Shown in pieces: positions 1 to 8,624 of a stretch of 46,142 nucleotides of DNA. Origin of the DNA: a virus (Duplodnaviria; Caudoviricetes); the IMG/VR virus record IMGVR_UViG_3300028585_000034, positions 1-46,142 of that record; one strand, 5' to 3'. Under the pieces are notes generated by a model that had not been told where the DNA came from, did no database searches, and saw nothing but the letters and a program-made list of their open reading frames with translations. The number at the start of each line of letters is the position of its first letter. Positions within the stretch are counted from its first letter, which is position 1. Both the position numbers and the translations under genes were made by a program.

Positions 1-2
1 AC

Positions 3-104
3 GCCGATCAACGGGATTATTTCACCCTCAGAGAGCGAATCGAAATCGCCGGAAAGCAGATAGCCGGGTTACAGGAGTATGTTAGAGAACAGTGCTTGCG
101 ATGA
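3..104 (+). CDS. rz: Rz i-spanin, C-terminal end (partial)
   Basis: Frame reads ADQRDYFTLRERIEIAGKQIAGLQEYVREQCLR*, resembling the lambda Rz C-terminus (DYFTLRER...EQC). Confidence 0.85.
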   Translation, partial: ADQRDYFTLRERIEIAGKQIAGLQEYVREQCLR

Positions 105-130
105 AAAAGCGAGGACTAGCCTCGCTTCAG
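104..130. terminator. Hairpin terminator between convergent rz and KTSC genes
   Basis: aagcgagg-actag-cctcgctt with an A-run on the left. Confidence 0.65.
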
Positions 131-134
131 TTAA

Positions 135-350
135 TCACCCAACTTTACGGTAAGGGTAGCCAGCTTTTTTGATGTGAACATCAAAGTACTGACCTTTTGA
201 AGGTGCGTTCATTAATGCTGTGTGAATGGAGGCTGGAACTTTGGAATATTGATAAATACCCCCTCCGAGGAAAGCAATTTCCAAAGTGGAACTTGCGCTA
301 TCGTAACCAACTGAATGAAGGTTTGAAGATGAAACAGGATGACGAATCAA
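135..350 (-). CDS. KTSC domain protein
   Basis: VSSSNLHSVGYD...LEIAF.GGGIYQY..VP..IH..LMNAPSKGQYF matches the KTSC pattern; TTG start preceded by GGAG. Confidence 0.85.
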   Translation of the reverse strand: MIRHPVSSSNLHSVGYDSASSTLEIAFLGGGIYQYSKVPASIHTALMNAPSKGQYFDVHIKKAGYPYRKVG

Positions 351-502
351 TTGTTAACTCTCCATTAAATGGCAAAAATGCCGAGGAGATATTAGATCAT
401 TTTAAGGGTTACAAATTTGCGGACGATCACGGTCATCGTCTTGAACTATGCCAGGACTTCATTGAACTTGTAAAGCTGGCAGCACAAGCTAAAGCTGAGT
501 GA
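329..502 (+). CDS. Small hypothetical phage protein (57 aa)
   Basis: ATG at 329 within the 197..502 ORF; its start overlaps the divergent KTSC start. Confidence 0.4.
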   Translation: MKQDDESIVNSPLNGKNAEEILDHFKGYKFADDHGHRLELCQDFIELVKLAAQAKAE

Positions 503-504
503 CT

Positions 505-538
505 ATCACAAGGCGCATTTGCGAGTGCGCCTGATGAT
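505..538 (+). repeat. Repeated hairpin with CA/GA internal loop (copy 1)
   Basis: atca-CA-aggcgcatt-tgcg-agtgcgcct-GA-tgat; near-identical copies at 3546 and 39261. Confidence 0.8.
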
Positions 539-688
539 CCTCCTCCGGCAAGGGGCTTAGCAACTTTCAGGCATTTTCTATTAGCGAAACTATCCTTAAA
601 GTTTTAAGAGAATTTGACGTTTATAACTATATGAAAATTTGTATTTGGCGGTAGTTCTTCACTGATGCCATTGTCTGAAGGTAATGAA

Positions 689-1243
689 ATGAAATTTTTT
701 TCTGCCTTAATTGTTGTTATGGTTTTAGCTGGTTGTTCACATGAGCAGGTGGTTTATCACCGGGACGACTACTATGACCGTAGTATGGACTCCATATCCA
801 TATTTAACTCAGCCACCTTGCAGGATGCACAGGCAAAGGCTGACAAGTATTGTAATGCGAAAGCATTTGCCATCCCTGAGCGGAGACAAAAGGATTTACA
901 GCGCCTACAAGTAGAAAAAGACTATTTGAAGGTGGAGCCTGCGGGTTATTATTTTGCGTGTAAGGAGAGGGAAGCGTTGTACCAGAGAGGGAGTTATGGC
1001 GATAAAGCTTCTCAAGCACGTTACGAACAGCTTTCAAAAGCTGAGAGCGATGAAGCGGCCATAAAGGGCGCAGAAGATTATAAGCGTCTAAGACAAGCTG
1101 CTAGGGCTCCGGGCTACTTCTCATCTACGGAAAAACTGCCTGACGGCTCAATAATGACACGCTCCTGGGGTAATGGCGTCATCTGTGAGTCATTCTATAG
1201 CGAGACTGGCGGTTACACATCCTGTGATGACGTCGATGAATAA
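689..1243 (+). CDS. Lipoprotein moron
   Basis: MKFFSALIVVMVLAGC signal with lipobox; followed by its own terminator. Confidence 0.8.
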   Translation: MKFFSALIVVMVLAGCSHEQVVYHRDDYYDRSMDSISIFNSATLQDAQAKADKYCNAKAFAIPERRQKDLQRLQVEKDYLKVEPAGYYFACKEREALYQRGSYGDKASQARYEQLSKAESDEAAIKGAEDYKRLRQAARAPGYFSSTEKLPDGSIMTRSWGNGVICESFYSETGGYTSCDDVDE

Positions 1244-1265
1244 TCACCAGCTGTAGCATCTACTT

Positions 1266-1290
1266 AACCGCCTCAAGGCGGTTTTTTATT
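1266..1290 (+). terminator. Rho-independent terminator
   Basis: aaccgcc-tcaa-ggcggtt followed by a T-run. Confidence 0.85.
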
Positions 1291-1329
1291 GGCATGAAAA
1301 TGTTCATTGGCGAGTGCGCCTATTTATAG

Positions 1330-1647
1330 TCATCCAACCATGTCGAGAAAATCTCTTAATGATGATTTTATTTCTAACAAGCCGGACTTAGGTACTGCTG
1401 ATTGGTTTATCCAAGAAGCCTTTGCTTTAGTGTTTATCCAACACTTGTTGATTGGGCAATGATAAGCAAGAATTGTGTCATCAGCAGCCACAATGCGTGG
1501 TTTACCCCAGTAGACAGGAAGAAATTCATTGTTGTCGAAAGATTGTTGGCTAACAGGGTTGTTACACTGTAGATAAATCGTGCTGACCTTATTATAGGCT
1601 GCATAGATTGCTGAACCCAATCCTTGATATTTATCGTTCATTTTCAT
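1330..1647 (-). CDS. Hypothetical moron protein
   Basis: 105-aa AT-rich antisense ORF with GGAG upstream. Confidence 0.55.
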   Translation of the reverse strand: MKMNDKYQGLGSAIYAAYNKVSTIYLQCNNPVSQQSFDNNEFLPVYWGKPRIVAADDTILAYHCPINKCWINTKAKASWINQSAVPKSGLLEIKSSLRDFLDMVG

Positions 1648-1792
1648 CTCCAGTATTTCTCATGATTATCGGCATTTTCTAAATGAAATTTAGGGTTTCT
1701 TATGTCCCGAAACGGGTAACTTTTAATCCGTTATTGGTGGATCTCAGCAGTGATTAATCTAGAACTCCTCCTGGGGTTTTATTGGAGTAAAT

Positions 1793-1939
1793 ATGACCAC
1801 AAGCAATCTGGTTTGCTACATAAGCATCAGAAAGGGTATGTGGCCATTGCTCTATCTTTCGCATCTCACTGGATGGAAATGGCTGTCACGACTGTGCATT
1901 AAAACCAAAGTGATACCACATCAAAAATCTAACGAATAA
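1793..1939 (+). CDS. Small hypothetical protein (48 aa)
   Basis: GGAG then ATG; MTTSNLVCYISIRKGMWPLLYLSHLTGWKWLSRLCIKTKVIPHQKSNE. Confidence 0.55.
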   Translation: MTTSNLVCYISIRKGMWPLLYLSHLTGWKWLSRLCIKTKVIPHQKSNE

Positions 1940-2075
1940 ATGCACAGTTGGTGCATAGGCGATCGCCAGTTCTATGAGATTCATAATTTACCTCCACTAA
2001 GCATGACAACCTCCGAAATGGTGGCTGTTCTATTGTGAGGGTTATCCCTCTATAGCGATGATTTAGGAATTCAAT

Positions 2076-2150
2076 ATGGCATCACCAGATTGGGAGGCCA
2101 TCGAGTCGGCTTACCGGGCTGGCTTGTTGTCCACAAGGGATATTGGCTAA
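2076..2150 (+). pseudogene. Truncated terminase small subunit relic 1
   Basis: MASPDWEAIESAYRAGLLSTRDIG* resembles the PDWEAIE.AYRAG N-terminus of an enterobacterial TerS family; AGGA upstream. Confidence 0.75.
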
Positions 2151-2189
2151 CAACAAGACATGGAAGCTCAACTGCTGGCAGTAAGCTAA

Positions 2190-2363
2190 ATGAGCGGCTA
2201 CCAGATTTACAACATCCTCTCCGGTATGTGCATTGGCGCCCTGATTATGACGTGGATCGCATTCTGGATTCACCAGCGTCAGGAGCGCCGTCACCGGGGA
2301 GAGTTGAGCCGCATGCAGCAGCAGATCATCTGCGAAGTGAAGAACAGTATTGGGAGAGCGTAA
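2190..2363 (+). CDS. Small single-TM membrane protein (57 aa)
   Basis: MSGYQIYNILSGMCIGALIMTWIAFWIHQRQERRHR...: hydrophobic helix then basic tail. Confidence 0.55.
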   Translation: MSGYQIYNILSGMCIGALIMTWIAFWIHQRQERRHRGELSRMQQQIICEVKNSIGRA

Positions 2364-2501
2364 AGCGGGCAGCTATTGAGTTTCCCGAAATTGCGCGCTA
2401 AATTCCCTAAAGATAAGAGCTGCGTCCGAAAGGAAGCGGCTTTTTTTTATGCCCGAAAATCAGCCCTGACAGTTAACTCTTTCGGGGCTTTTTTATTGGG
2501 C

Positions 2502-2706
2502 ATGACAAACCCCAAGAAGAACTGCCAACCGAATTGGCAGAGCATGTTAGTGCGACGAAACGCCCGATGGTTGTCGGATATCGTATGAAGCATGTCATAC
2601 AAATACACCGAACCCTAACCTGTGAAATGAGCCTTTGGAGACGTCAGTTTAGTGCTGGCGAGCCTTCGGTGGGCTGGCGTTTCATTCGGCAAAGGTTCAT
2701 CTCACA
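2502..2706 (+). ncRNA. Structured leader or candidate regulatory RNA upstream of rha
   Basis: Multi-stem fold closed by atgaca/tgtcat (2502-2598), then a long hairpin gtgaaatgagcctttg...caaaggttcatctcac (2622-2706). Confidence 0.5.
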
Positions 2707-2722
2707 AGTAAGGTAAAACGCA

Positions 2723-3241
2723 ATGAATAATCCGTCAGTTATTCCCGCTTTTGACTTCCGGGACATGGTTCAAGCAGTAGACAACAAGGTAATAACCACC
2801 TCTCTAAAAGTGGCTGAGTACTTTGGCAAGCGTCATAAAGATGTGCTTCGTGCTATCAGGAACATGCAATGCTCCGATGATTTCGCCCGGCGCAATTTTG
2901 CGCCCACTGATTTCATTGATAAAAATGGCGATGTTCAGCCCATGTATAGCATCACCCGAGATGGGTGCATGATGCTTGTCATGGGGTTTACAGGCAAAAC
3001 TGCCATGGCTATCAAAGAGTGCTACATCAATGCCTTCAACTGGATGGCAGAGCAGCTCAATCGCCGGGTAGCAATTGGTGAAGAATTGCAGCATCGCTTC
3101 GCCATCAAGGAGACACGATCCAAGCTGAAGGGAACCATAGGCAGCCGACTGATGAATGAGAGAAAAAAAGAGAAGCGCGTGCTTGCGGTTGAACATGACC
3201 ACATCATGCAGATTTCGCAGCCCGAACTGCTAATCAGCTAA
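2723..3241 (+). CDS. Rha family phage regulatory protein
   Basis: TTSLKVAEYFGKRHKDVLRAI...ITRDGCMMLVMGFTGK.A..IKECYINAFN Rha motif. Confidence 0.92.
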   Translation: MNNPSVIPAFDFRDMVQAVDNKVITTSLKVAEYFGKRHKDVLRAIRNMQCSDDFARRNFAPTDFIDKNGDVQPMYSITRDGCMMLVMGFTGKTAMAIKECYINAFNWMAEQLNRRVAIGEELQHRFAIKETRSKLKGTIGSRLMNERKKEKRVLAVEHDHIMQISQPELLIS

Positions 3242-3246
3242 GCCAG

Positions 3247-3286
3247 CCATTACAGAAGCTCTTCAGAAGAAGGGCTTCGATAATGG
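3247..3286 (+). repeat. CA/GA internal-loop hairpin (variant copy)
   Basis: ccatta-CA-gaagctcttc-agaa-gaagggcttc-GA-taatgg. Confidence 0.7.
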
Positions 3287-3322
3287 ATAATGCCTTCTCA
3301 ATTAATGAGAGGAGCAATAGCA

Positions 3323-3520
3323 ATGAAATCATATTGGTTTTTTTCCTGGAATGCTTATGACGCGACGTCGTGGGAGCATCTTCCTGAGTATTCGTATGGT
3401 GAGCTATACACAGGCGAAAGCGACGTTACCGCTGAAGATGTTTTTGAAGAGTTGATGGACGCAAAGCTAAAGCTCAGGAAAAATCTTCACATCCAGTGCC
3501 TGGCATTCAACAAAGTTTAA
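3323..3520 (+). CDS. Hypothetical protein (65 aa)
   Basis: AGGAG before ATG 3323; terminator-like hairpin follows. Confidence 0.65.
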   Translation: MKSYWFFSWNAYDATSWEHLPEYSYGELYTGESDVTAEDVFEELMDAKLKLRKNLHIQCLAFNKV

Positions 3521-3545
3521 CCACCTCCATGCGGCTTTTTATTGA

Positions 3546-3581
3546 CATCACAAGGCGCATTTTCGAGTGCGCCTGATGATG
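3546..3581 (+). repeat. CA/GA internal-loop hairpin (copy 2)
   Basis: catca-CA-aggcgcatt-ttcg-agtgcgcct-GA-tgatg. Confidence 0.8.
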
Positions 3582-3678
3582 ACTCCTCTGACTAGGGATA
3601 GTGGCTAGCCACGCTTTAAAGCGTTAAGAAGCTGGTTAAGAGCTTCATGAAGATCAATAATACCGCTAAAATTTCCAA

Positions 3679-4209
3679 ATGGTTGCCTTCATGAAGTTGG
3701 ATAAAGTGGACTGGAATATGATCTCTGCGCTTGGTGGCTGGGCTTCTGCCATCGCAACCCTATTGACACTTTTCGTTGCCTTTAAAGCGCTAACAACTTG
3801 GCGCGAACAAGAAAAAATAAAGGTGAAAATGGAATTTAAAAAAGCTCTCATGACATTCAAGTCAACTCTAATTCTGATGCCTGAATATCTGAATATGAAA
3901 GAGCTTGCAGAACAAAAAGAAGCTGTTGCCGCGAAGTGGATTTTTGAGGATGTACCTTTGATAAGGCAAGACATTACCCAAGGAGAAAGCAATGTATTGC
4001 AGTTTGAAAATTTCATTTTGTCTTTTGAAAATTGCAACTCATGCTGGGTAGCTACAGAGCATTTATTCGACGGGCATTTCATAGCTGAAAGATGGGCTGC
4101 TGCTAGCAGCACATATTTTGACTACTTAGCTGGAAAGACTGATAAGCATAAACTGTTTGATGCCTTGAATGCAGTATTTTCCATTAGATTTGTCTTCGAG
4201 CACAAATAA
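3679..4209 (+). CDS. Hypothetical moron protein with N-terminal TM helix
   Basis: WNMISALGGWASAIATLLTLFVAFKAL hydrophobic segment; AT-rich; terminator at 4208-4230. Confidence 0.75.
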   Translation: MVAFMKLDKVDWNMISALGGWASAIATLLTLFVAFKALTTWREQEKIKVKMEFKKALMTFKSTLILMPEYLNMKELAEQKEAVAAKWIFEDVPLIRQDITQGESNVLQFENFILSFENCNSCWVATEHLFDGHFIAERWAAASSTYFDYLAGKTDKHKLFDALNAVFSIRFVFEHK

Positions 4210-4281
4210 CCGCCTCCGGGCGGTTTTTTATGGGCGTCACCAAGGGTATCGAAGAGATCGCCCAAAACTAAATCAAGTTGG

Positions 4282-4908
4282 TTAGTTGACTAGACTAATA
4301 AAATCCGGGCTGTGCAAAACCTCATGCGCCATTTGCCTTAGGGCTACGTGATGGGCATTTGCTATATCAGATTTTGTTAAAGTATTAAGTATTTCATCAA
4401 AAGCTTCAAAGGTACCCAAGGCACCATCTTGAGATAACGACTCATATAAAGGCTCAAGTTTATCGTCTACGTGAGCACCACCATCATTATTAGCAGCCCC
4501 ACTCATTATGTTAAACCTTGTTATCAACTTTTCAGGTTCTAAAATATAAACGCATTCTTTCCACCAATCTTTTATGGGTAAAATCTTACTGTCTGTCTGC
4601 TCAACGCCTACGTATGGCCTATAAATGCACTCACTAGCTCCGACTAGGCTTAAAATACCAAGACCAAAATACATGCAGCAACCAACAGCCTCATCTCTGG
4701 ACATCCCTCCTGTACTAAGTAGAGAAAAATTACTGGTGTCAACATTCATATGCTTGATTAGTGATTTGCTAGTTTTAGTTGAATAAAATATAACCCGGAG
4801 ACAAAGAGCGATTCTATACGCTTCGTGAGTATTCCCTCTGTCATAACTTTCGCATGAGCTTTCAAGAAAAGATATTTGCTCAATGAGCTTCTTCTTAAAT
4901 CTATCCAT
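4282..4908 (-). CDS. Hypothetical AT-rich moron protein (208 aa), possible defence protein
   Basis: Likely start MDRFKKKL at 4908; motifs ANNDGGAHVD and LRQMAHEV; antisense to the late operon. Confidence 0.75.
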   Translation of the reverse strand: MDRFKKKLIEQISFLESSCESYDRGNTHEAYRIALCLRVIFYSTKTSKSLIKHMNVDTSNFSLLSTGGMSRDEAVGCCMYFGLGILSLVGASECIYRPYVGVEQTDSKILPIKDWWKECVYILEPEKLITRFNIMSGAANNDGGAHVDDKLEPLYESLSQDGALGTFEAFDEILNTLTKSDIANAHHVALRQMAHEVLHSPDFISLVN

Positions 4909-4930
4909 AATTTCCACTGTAGGTATTAAT

Positions 4931-4996
4931 ATGGCGCTCACCGACAAACAAGAAATGTTCTGTCGCGAGTACCTCATCGATTTGAACGCAGAGTAA
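4931..4996 (+). pseudogene. Truncated terminase small subunit relic 2 (Terminase_2/G1P-like)
   Basis: MALTDKQEMFCREYLIDLNAE* resembles the LTDKQ..F..EYL.DLNATQAA N-terminus; AGGT upstream. Confidence 0.8.
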
Positions 4997-5031
4997 AAAA
5001 GATGTAAAGAGGGAGCGAAATTAAAGCAAGG

Positions 5032-5301
5032 TAGAGCTTTTTGGAAGTGGGAACGCAGCCCCACAACCAAGCGTAAAAAGTAAGACGTCATTCATTGTCA
5101 CATCATTTGTTTGGTGGAAAACCTTGCGGTACACAGCTTGGCACATCTGAATAGATTTCTTCATGGCGTTACTCCTTGCTCGGATTGTTACATTCATCAT
5201 GGATAGTGTTTTTGGGATTAAAGGCCACCAAAGCAGCCCTACCGTTATTACATTTTTCACAGTCTGAATGACGTCACCTTCGCAGCTTCCAAAAAGCTCT
5301 A
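5032..5301. ncRNA. Candidate ~270-nt structured RNA with nested inverted repeats
   Basis: Perfect 16-bp IR 5032-5047/5286-5301, 11-bp IR 5084-5094/5265-5275, 8-bp IR 5110-5117/5225-5232. Confidence 0.55.
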
Positions 5302-5344
5302 AAGGCAATATTGATCGAATCGAGAAAAAATTAAAGGAAAATTT

Positions 5345-5779
5345 ATGGCGACCAAGACCAAAACTGGCCGCCCTTCTGATTATCTACCAGAGGTGGCTGC
5401 TGACATCTGTTCACTGCTTGCCGATGGTGAGAGCCTACGAAAAGTTTGTGAGCGCCCTGGCATGCCAAGCAAGACGTCTGTCTTTCGTTGGCTTGCTGAG
5501 CATAAAGAGTTTCGTGACCAGTACGCGACAGCAACTGAGACACGCGCTGACGCCATTTTCGAAGAGATGTTTGATATCGCGGATGATGCTGCTGAAGAAT
5601 CTGCAGCCGTCGCAAAGGCCCGCCTGCGTATCGATACCCGAAAATGGGCGCTGGCCCGAATGAACCCGAAGAAGTACGGCGACAAAGTCAGCCAGGAAAT
5701 CGACCACAGATCATCTGATGGCACCATGGCGACCAAACCCACAACTATCCAGCTTCTCCCTGTTGAGCCTAAATCATGA
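5345..5779 (+). CDS. terS: Terminase small subunit (Sf6 gp1-like)
   Basis: GRPSDY.PEVA.DIC..LA.GESLRKVC.RPGMP...ARLRIDTRKW...PKKYGDK; overlaps the terL start. Confidence 0.92.
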   Translation: MATKTKTGRPSDYLPEVAADICSLLADGESLRKVCERPGMPSKTSVFRWLAEHKEFRDQYATATETRADAIFEEMFDIADDAAEESAAVAKARLRIDTRKWALARMNPKKYGDKVSQEIDHRSSDGTMATKPTTIQLLPVEPKS

Positions 5780-7023
5780 GTGAAGCTGTACAACTTCCGA
5801 TCCCCGCTAAGCTCGCTCCACTATTCACCGCTGTCAACAAACGCTATCGCTGCTCACATGGTGGCCGTGGTAGCGCCAAGACGCGCACATTCGCCCTGAT
5901 GACTGCCGTTAAGGCATATCAGGCAATGATGAACGGGGAGAGCGGCGTAATCCTCTGTGCACGTGAGTTTATGAACTCACTGGAAGAGTCGAGCATGCAG
6001 GAGGTAAAGCAGGCGATCCTGTCGGTTCCGTGGCTGGCTTCCAACTTCGACATTGGCGAGAAATACATCCGCACCATCGACAAAACGGTGACATACGTTT
6101 TTGCGGGCCTGCGTCATAACCTCGACAGCATTAAGTCGAAAGCTCGAATCCTTCTCTGCTGGGTGGACGAAGCTGAATCCGTCAGTGAAATCGCCTGGCA
6201 GAAATTAAGCCCGACAGTGCGTGAAGAAGGTTCAGAGATTTGGGTGACGTGGAACCCGGAGCGTGACGGCAGCGCCACTGATAAACGTTTCCGCAAAGAG
6301 TTTGGTGACGACTGCGTAACCGTTGAGATGAATTACACGGATAATCCGTGGTTCCCTGATGTGCTTGAGGGCGAGCGACTAAACGACTCTCGCCGCCTTG
6401 ACCCTGCAACCTATGCATGGGTTTGGGAAGGCGCTTATCTCGAAAACTCAGATAAGCAGGTGCTGGCTGGTAAATACCGAATCGCTGAATTTTCTGATGA
6501 GCTGTGGAAAGAGGCGGATCGCCTTCACTTTGGTGCAGACTTTGGTTTCGCCAAAGACCCTAACACGCTCACCCGCACATTCATCCTGCACAACCGGCTT
6601 TACATCGAGTACGAGGCATACGGGCAGCAAACCGAGTTGGACCATATGCCAGAGTTGTACGACACCATCCCCGGCTCACGTGAATGGCCGATCAAAGCCG
6701 ACTCCGCGCGACCCGAAACAATCAGCTATCTCAGACGACAGGGATTCAATATCTCAGCCGCTGAAAAGTGGCAGGGCAGCGTGGAGGATGGTATCGCCCA
6801 TCTGCGCGGATTTGACGAAATCATTATCCACCCACGCTGCAAAAACGTGGCTATCGAGGCAAGGATGTGGTCATACAAAACCGACCGCATTACTGGTGAG
6901 GTTCTGCCTAAACTGGCTGATGGTTATGAGCACTGCTGGGATGGAATACGTTATGGCCTTGATGGACACATCAAACGCAAAGGCCAGATGGCCGGGATGA
7001 TGATTCCCAAGCGACTGCGTTAG
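5776..7023 (+). CDS. terL: Terminase large subunit (PBSX family)
   Basis: GGRGSAKT Walker A, WVDEAE Walker B, GADFG nuclease motif, HCWDGIRY. Confidence 0.96.
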   Translation: MSEAVQLPIPAKLAPLFTAVNKRYRCSHGGRGSAKTRTFALMTAVKAYQAMMNGESGVILCAREFMNSLEESSMQEVKQAILSVPWLASNFDIGEKYIRTIDKTVTYVFAGLRHNLDSIKSKARILLCWVDEAESVSEIAWQKLSPTVREEGSEIWVTWNPERDGSATDKRFRKEFGDDCVTVEMNYTDNPWFPDVLEGERLNDSRRLDPATYAWVWEGAYLENSDKQVLAGKYRIAEFSDELWKEADRLHFGADFGFAKDPNTLTRTFILHNRLYIEYEAYGQQTELDHMPELYDTIPGSREWPIKADSARPETISYLRRQGFNISAAEKWQGSVEDGIAHLRGFDEIIIHPRCKNVAIEARMWSYKTDRITGEVLPKLADGYEHCWDGIRYGLDGHIKRKGQMAGMMIPKRLR

Positions 7024-7083
7024 TATGTAAAGAATTCACTGAAACTGACGTTAAGTTAATTGATGTACTACAAGGAGATAGTT

Positions 7084-7257
7084 ATGCAGCATCATTTTAA
7101 AAATGTCATTCTCCAGCGAATCCCAAAAGGAATGACCACAGGGATTCAAGTCAAGTTGTCTGATGTTCTTGCCAATGGCAATACAGAGTCAGCATTAATT
7201 GAGGCTCTACAGAAACAATTCAAAGGCGACACAATAAAGCTGAAAAGCTTTCAATAA
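7084..7257 (+). CDS. Small moron between terL and portal (57 aa)
   Basis: AAGGAG before ATG; terminator agccac-ttcg-gtggct-tttt at 7263-7287. Confidence 0.7.
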   Translation: MQHHFKNVILQRIPKGMTTGIQVKLSDVLANGNTESALIEALQKQFKGDTIKLKSFQ

Positions 7258-7313
7258 TTCCCAAGCCACTTCGGTGGCTTTTTTATTGCCTGAATTCCAC
7301 CAACGGACAAACC

Positions 7314-8624
7314 ATGACAGATAAATTAACTCTGGCCGTCAACCATGCGTTGAGTGATGTCAGGCTTGCCCGCGCGCGTGCCATGGCATTTAACCCGGGC
7401 ATGGGGCTTGATGCAAAGCGCAGCTCAGCATGGTGCGAGTATGGCTTTAAAGAAGACCTCACCTTCGACGATCTCTATAAGCTTTATCGCCGCGGCGGTA
7501 TCGCCAATGGTGCAGTAAATAAACTCGTCATCAACTGCTGGAGAACCAACCCTGAAGTCATTGAGGGTGACATCTCTGATGAATCCCGCGAAGAGACGGA
7601 ATGGGAGAAGGCAAGTAAGCAAGTTTTTACCCACCGTTTCTGGCGGGCATTTGCGAAGGCCGACACACGGCGCCTGGTTGGCCGGTGGGCTGGCATACTG
7701 CTTCACATCAAAGACAGCAAGAACTGGAACGAACCTGTAGTCAAAGGTAAAGCTCTGCAAAAGATAACGCCGGTTTGGGCCAGCGCCTTGCAGGTGGGAA
7801 ATCGTGATGGTAACGGCAACATCACCAACTGGCAGTACACAGAGACGCTTTCTGATGGCAGCACGGCGCGCCGCGATATCCATCCCGATCGCATCCTGAT
7901 TATCGGCGATATGTCCGATGACGAAATCGGCTTTCTGGAACCCGGCTATAACGCATGCGTCAGCCTGGAGAAAGTCGAGGGCGGTTCGGGCGAGTCATTC
8001 CTGAAAAATGCCGCACGCCAGCAGAACATTAACTTCGACAAAGAAGTCGACTTTAATAATCTGGCCTCAATGTATGGCGTCACCGTTGATGAGCTGCAGG
8101 AGCGCTATAACGAGGCCGCCCGGGAGATTAACCGCGGCAATGACGCGCTCCTGATAACGCAGGGTGCGCAGATTACTTCGATGGTCTCTGCTGTATCGGA
8201 CCCCTCACCAACGTACAGCGTAAACCTCCAGACCTTCAGCTCATCGGTGGATATTCCTTCGCGGATTATCGTCGGCAATCAGTCTGGCGAGCGCGCCAGC
8301 ACGGAAGACCAGATTTACTTCAACGCTCGCTGTCAGTCACGGCGCGGCGACCTGTCTTTCGATATTGAGGATTTGGTCGACAAGCTTATCTACCTGCAGG
8401 CGCTGAAGCCGGTATCAAAGTTCAGCATCGTATGGGATGAGCTGAACGAGCAGTCATCATCCGACAAGCTCGATAGCGCGGTGAAGATGAGCAACATCAA
8501 TCAGACATCGCTCGCATCTGGTGAGGCGGTTTTCTCCGGTGATGAGATTCGTGTTGCCGCCGGTTACCAGCCGCTGGGTAACGACGTATTAGGCGAGGAT
8601 GACGAAGAGGATGAAGAAACCTAA
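7314..8624 (+). CDS. Portal protein (DUF1073-type)
   Basis: Position after terL, 436 aa, acidic C-terminal tail. Confidence 0.85.
   Translation: MTDKLTLAVNHALSDVRLARARAMAFNPGMGLDAKRSSAWCEYGFKEDLTFDDLYKLYRRGGIANGAVNKLVINCWRTNPEVIEGDISDESREETEWEKASKQVFTHRFWRAFAKADTRRLVGRWAGILLHIKDSKNWNEPVVKGKALQKITPVWASALQVGNRDGNGNITNWQYTETLSDGSTARRDIHPDRILIIGDMSDDEIGFLEPGYNACVSLEKVEGGSGESFLKNAARQQNINFDKEVDFNNLASMYGVTVDELQERYNEAAREINRGNDALLITQGAQITSMVSAVSDPSPTYSVNLQTFSSSVDIPSRIIVGNQSGERASTEDQIYFNARCQSRRGDLSFDIEDLVDKLIYLQALKPVSKFSIVWDELNEQSSSDKLDSAVKMSNINQTSLASGEAVFSGDEIRVAAGYQPLGNDVLGEDDEEDEET

Noticed and set aside
2090-2401. 103-aa + strand ORF
   Set aside because: Better explained by the terS relic (2076) and a 57-aa TM ORF (2190) in other frames
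4909-5091. N-terminal extension of the 269-aa ORF
   Set aside because: Overlaps the terS relic and the structured element; ATG 4908 is the more plausible start
5032-5301. Retron msr-msd
   Set aside because: Terminal inverted repeats fit, but there is no reverse transcriptase ORF in the window
7314-8624. Anti-CBASS Acb1 label sometimes attached to DUF1073 proteins
   Set aside because: Size and position between terL and the minor head gene indicate a portal; no evidence for a phosphodiesterase role
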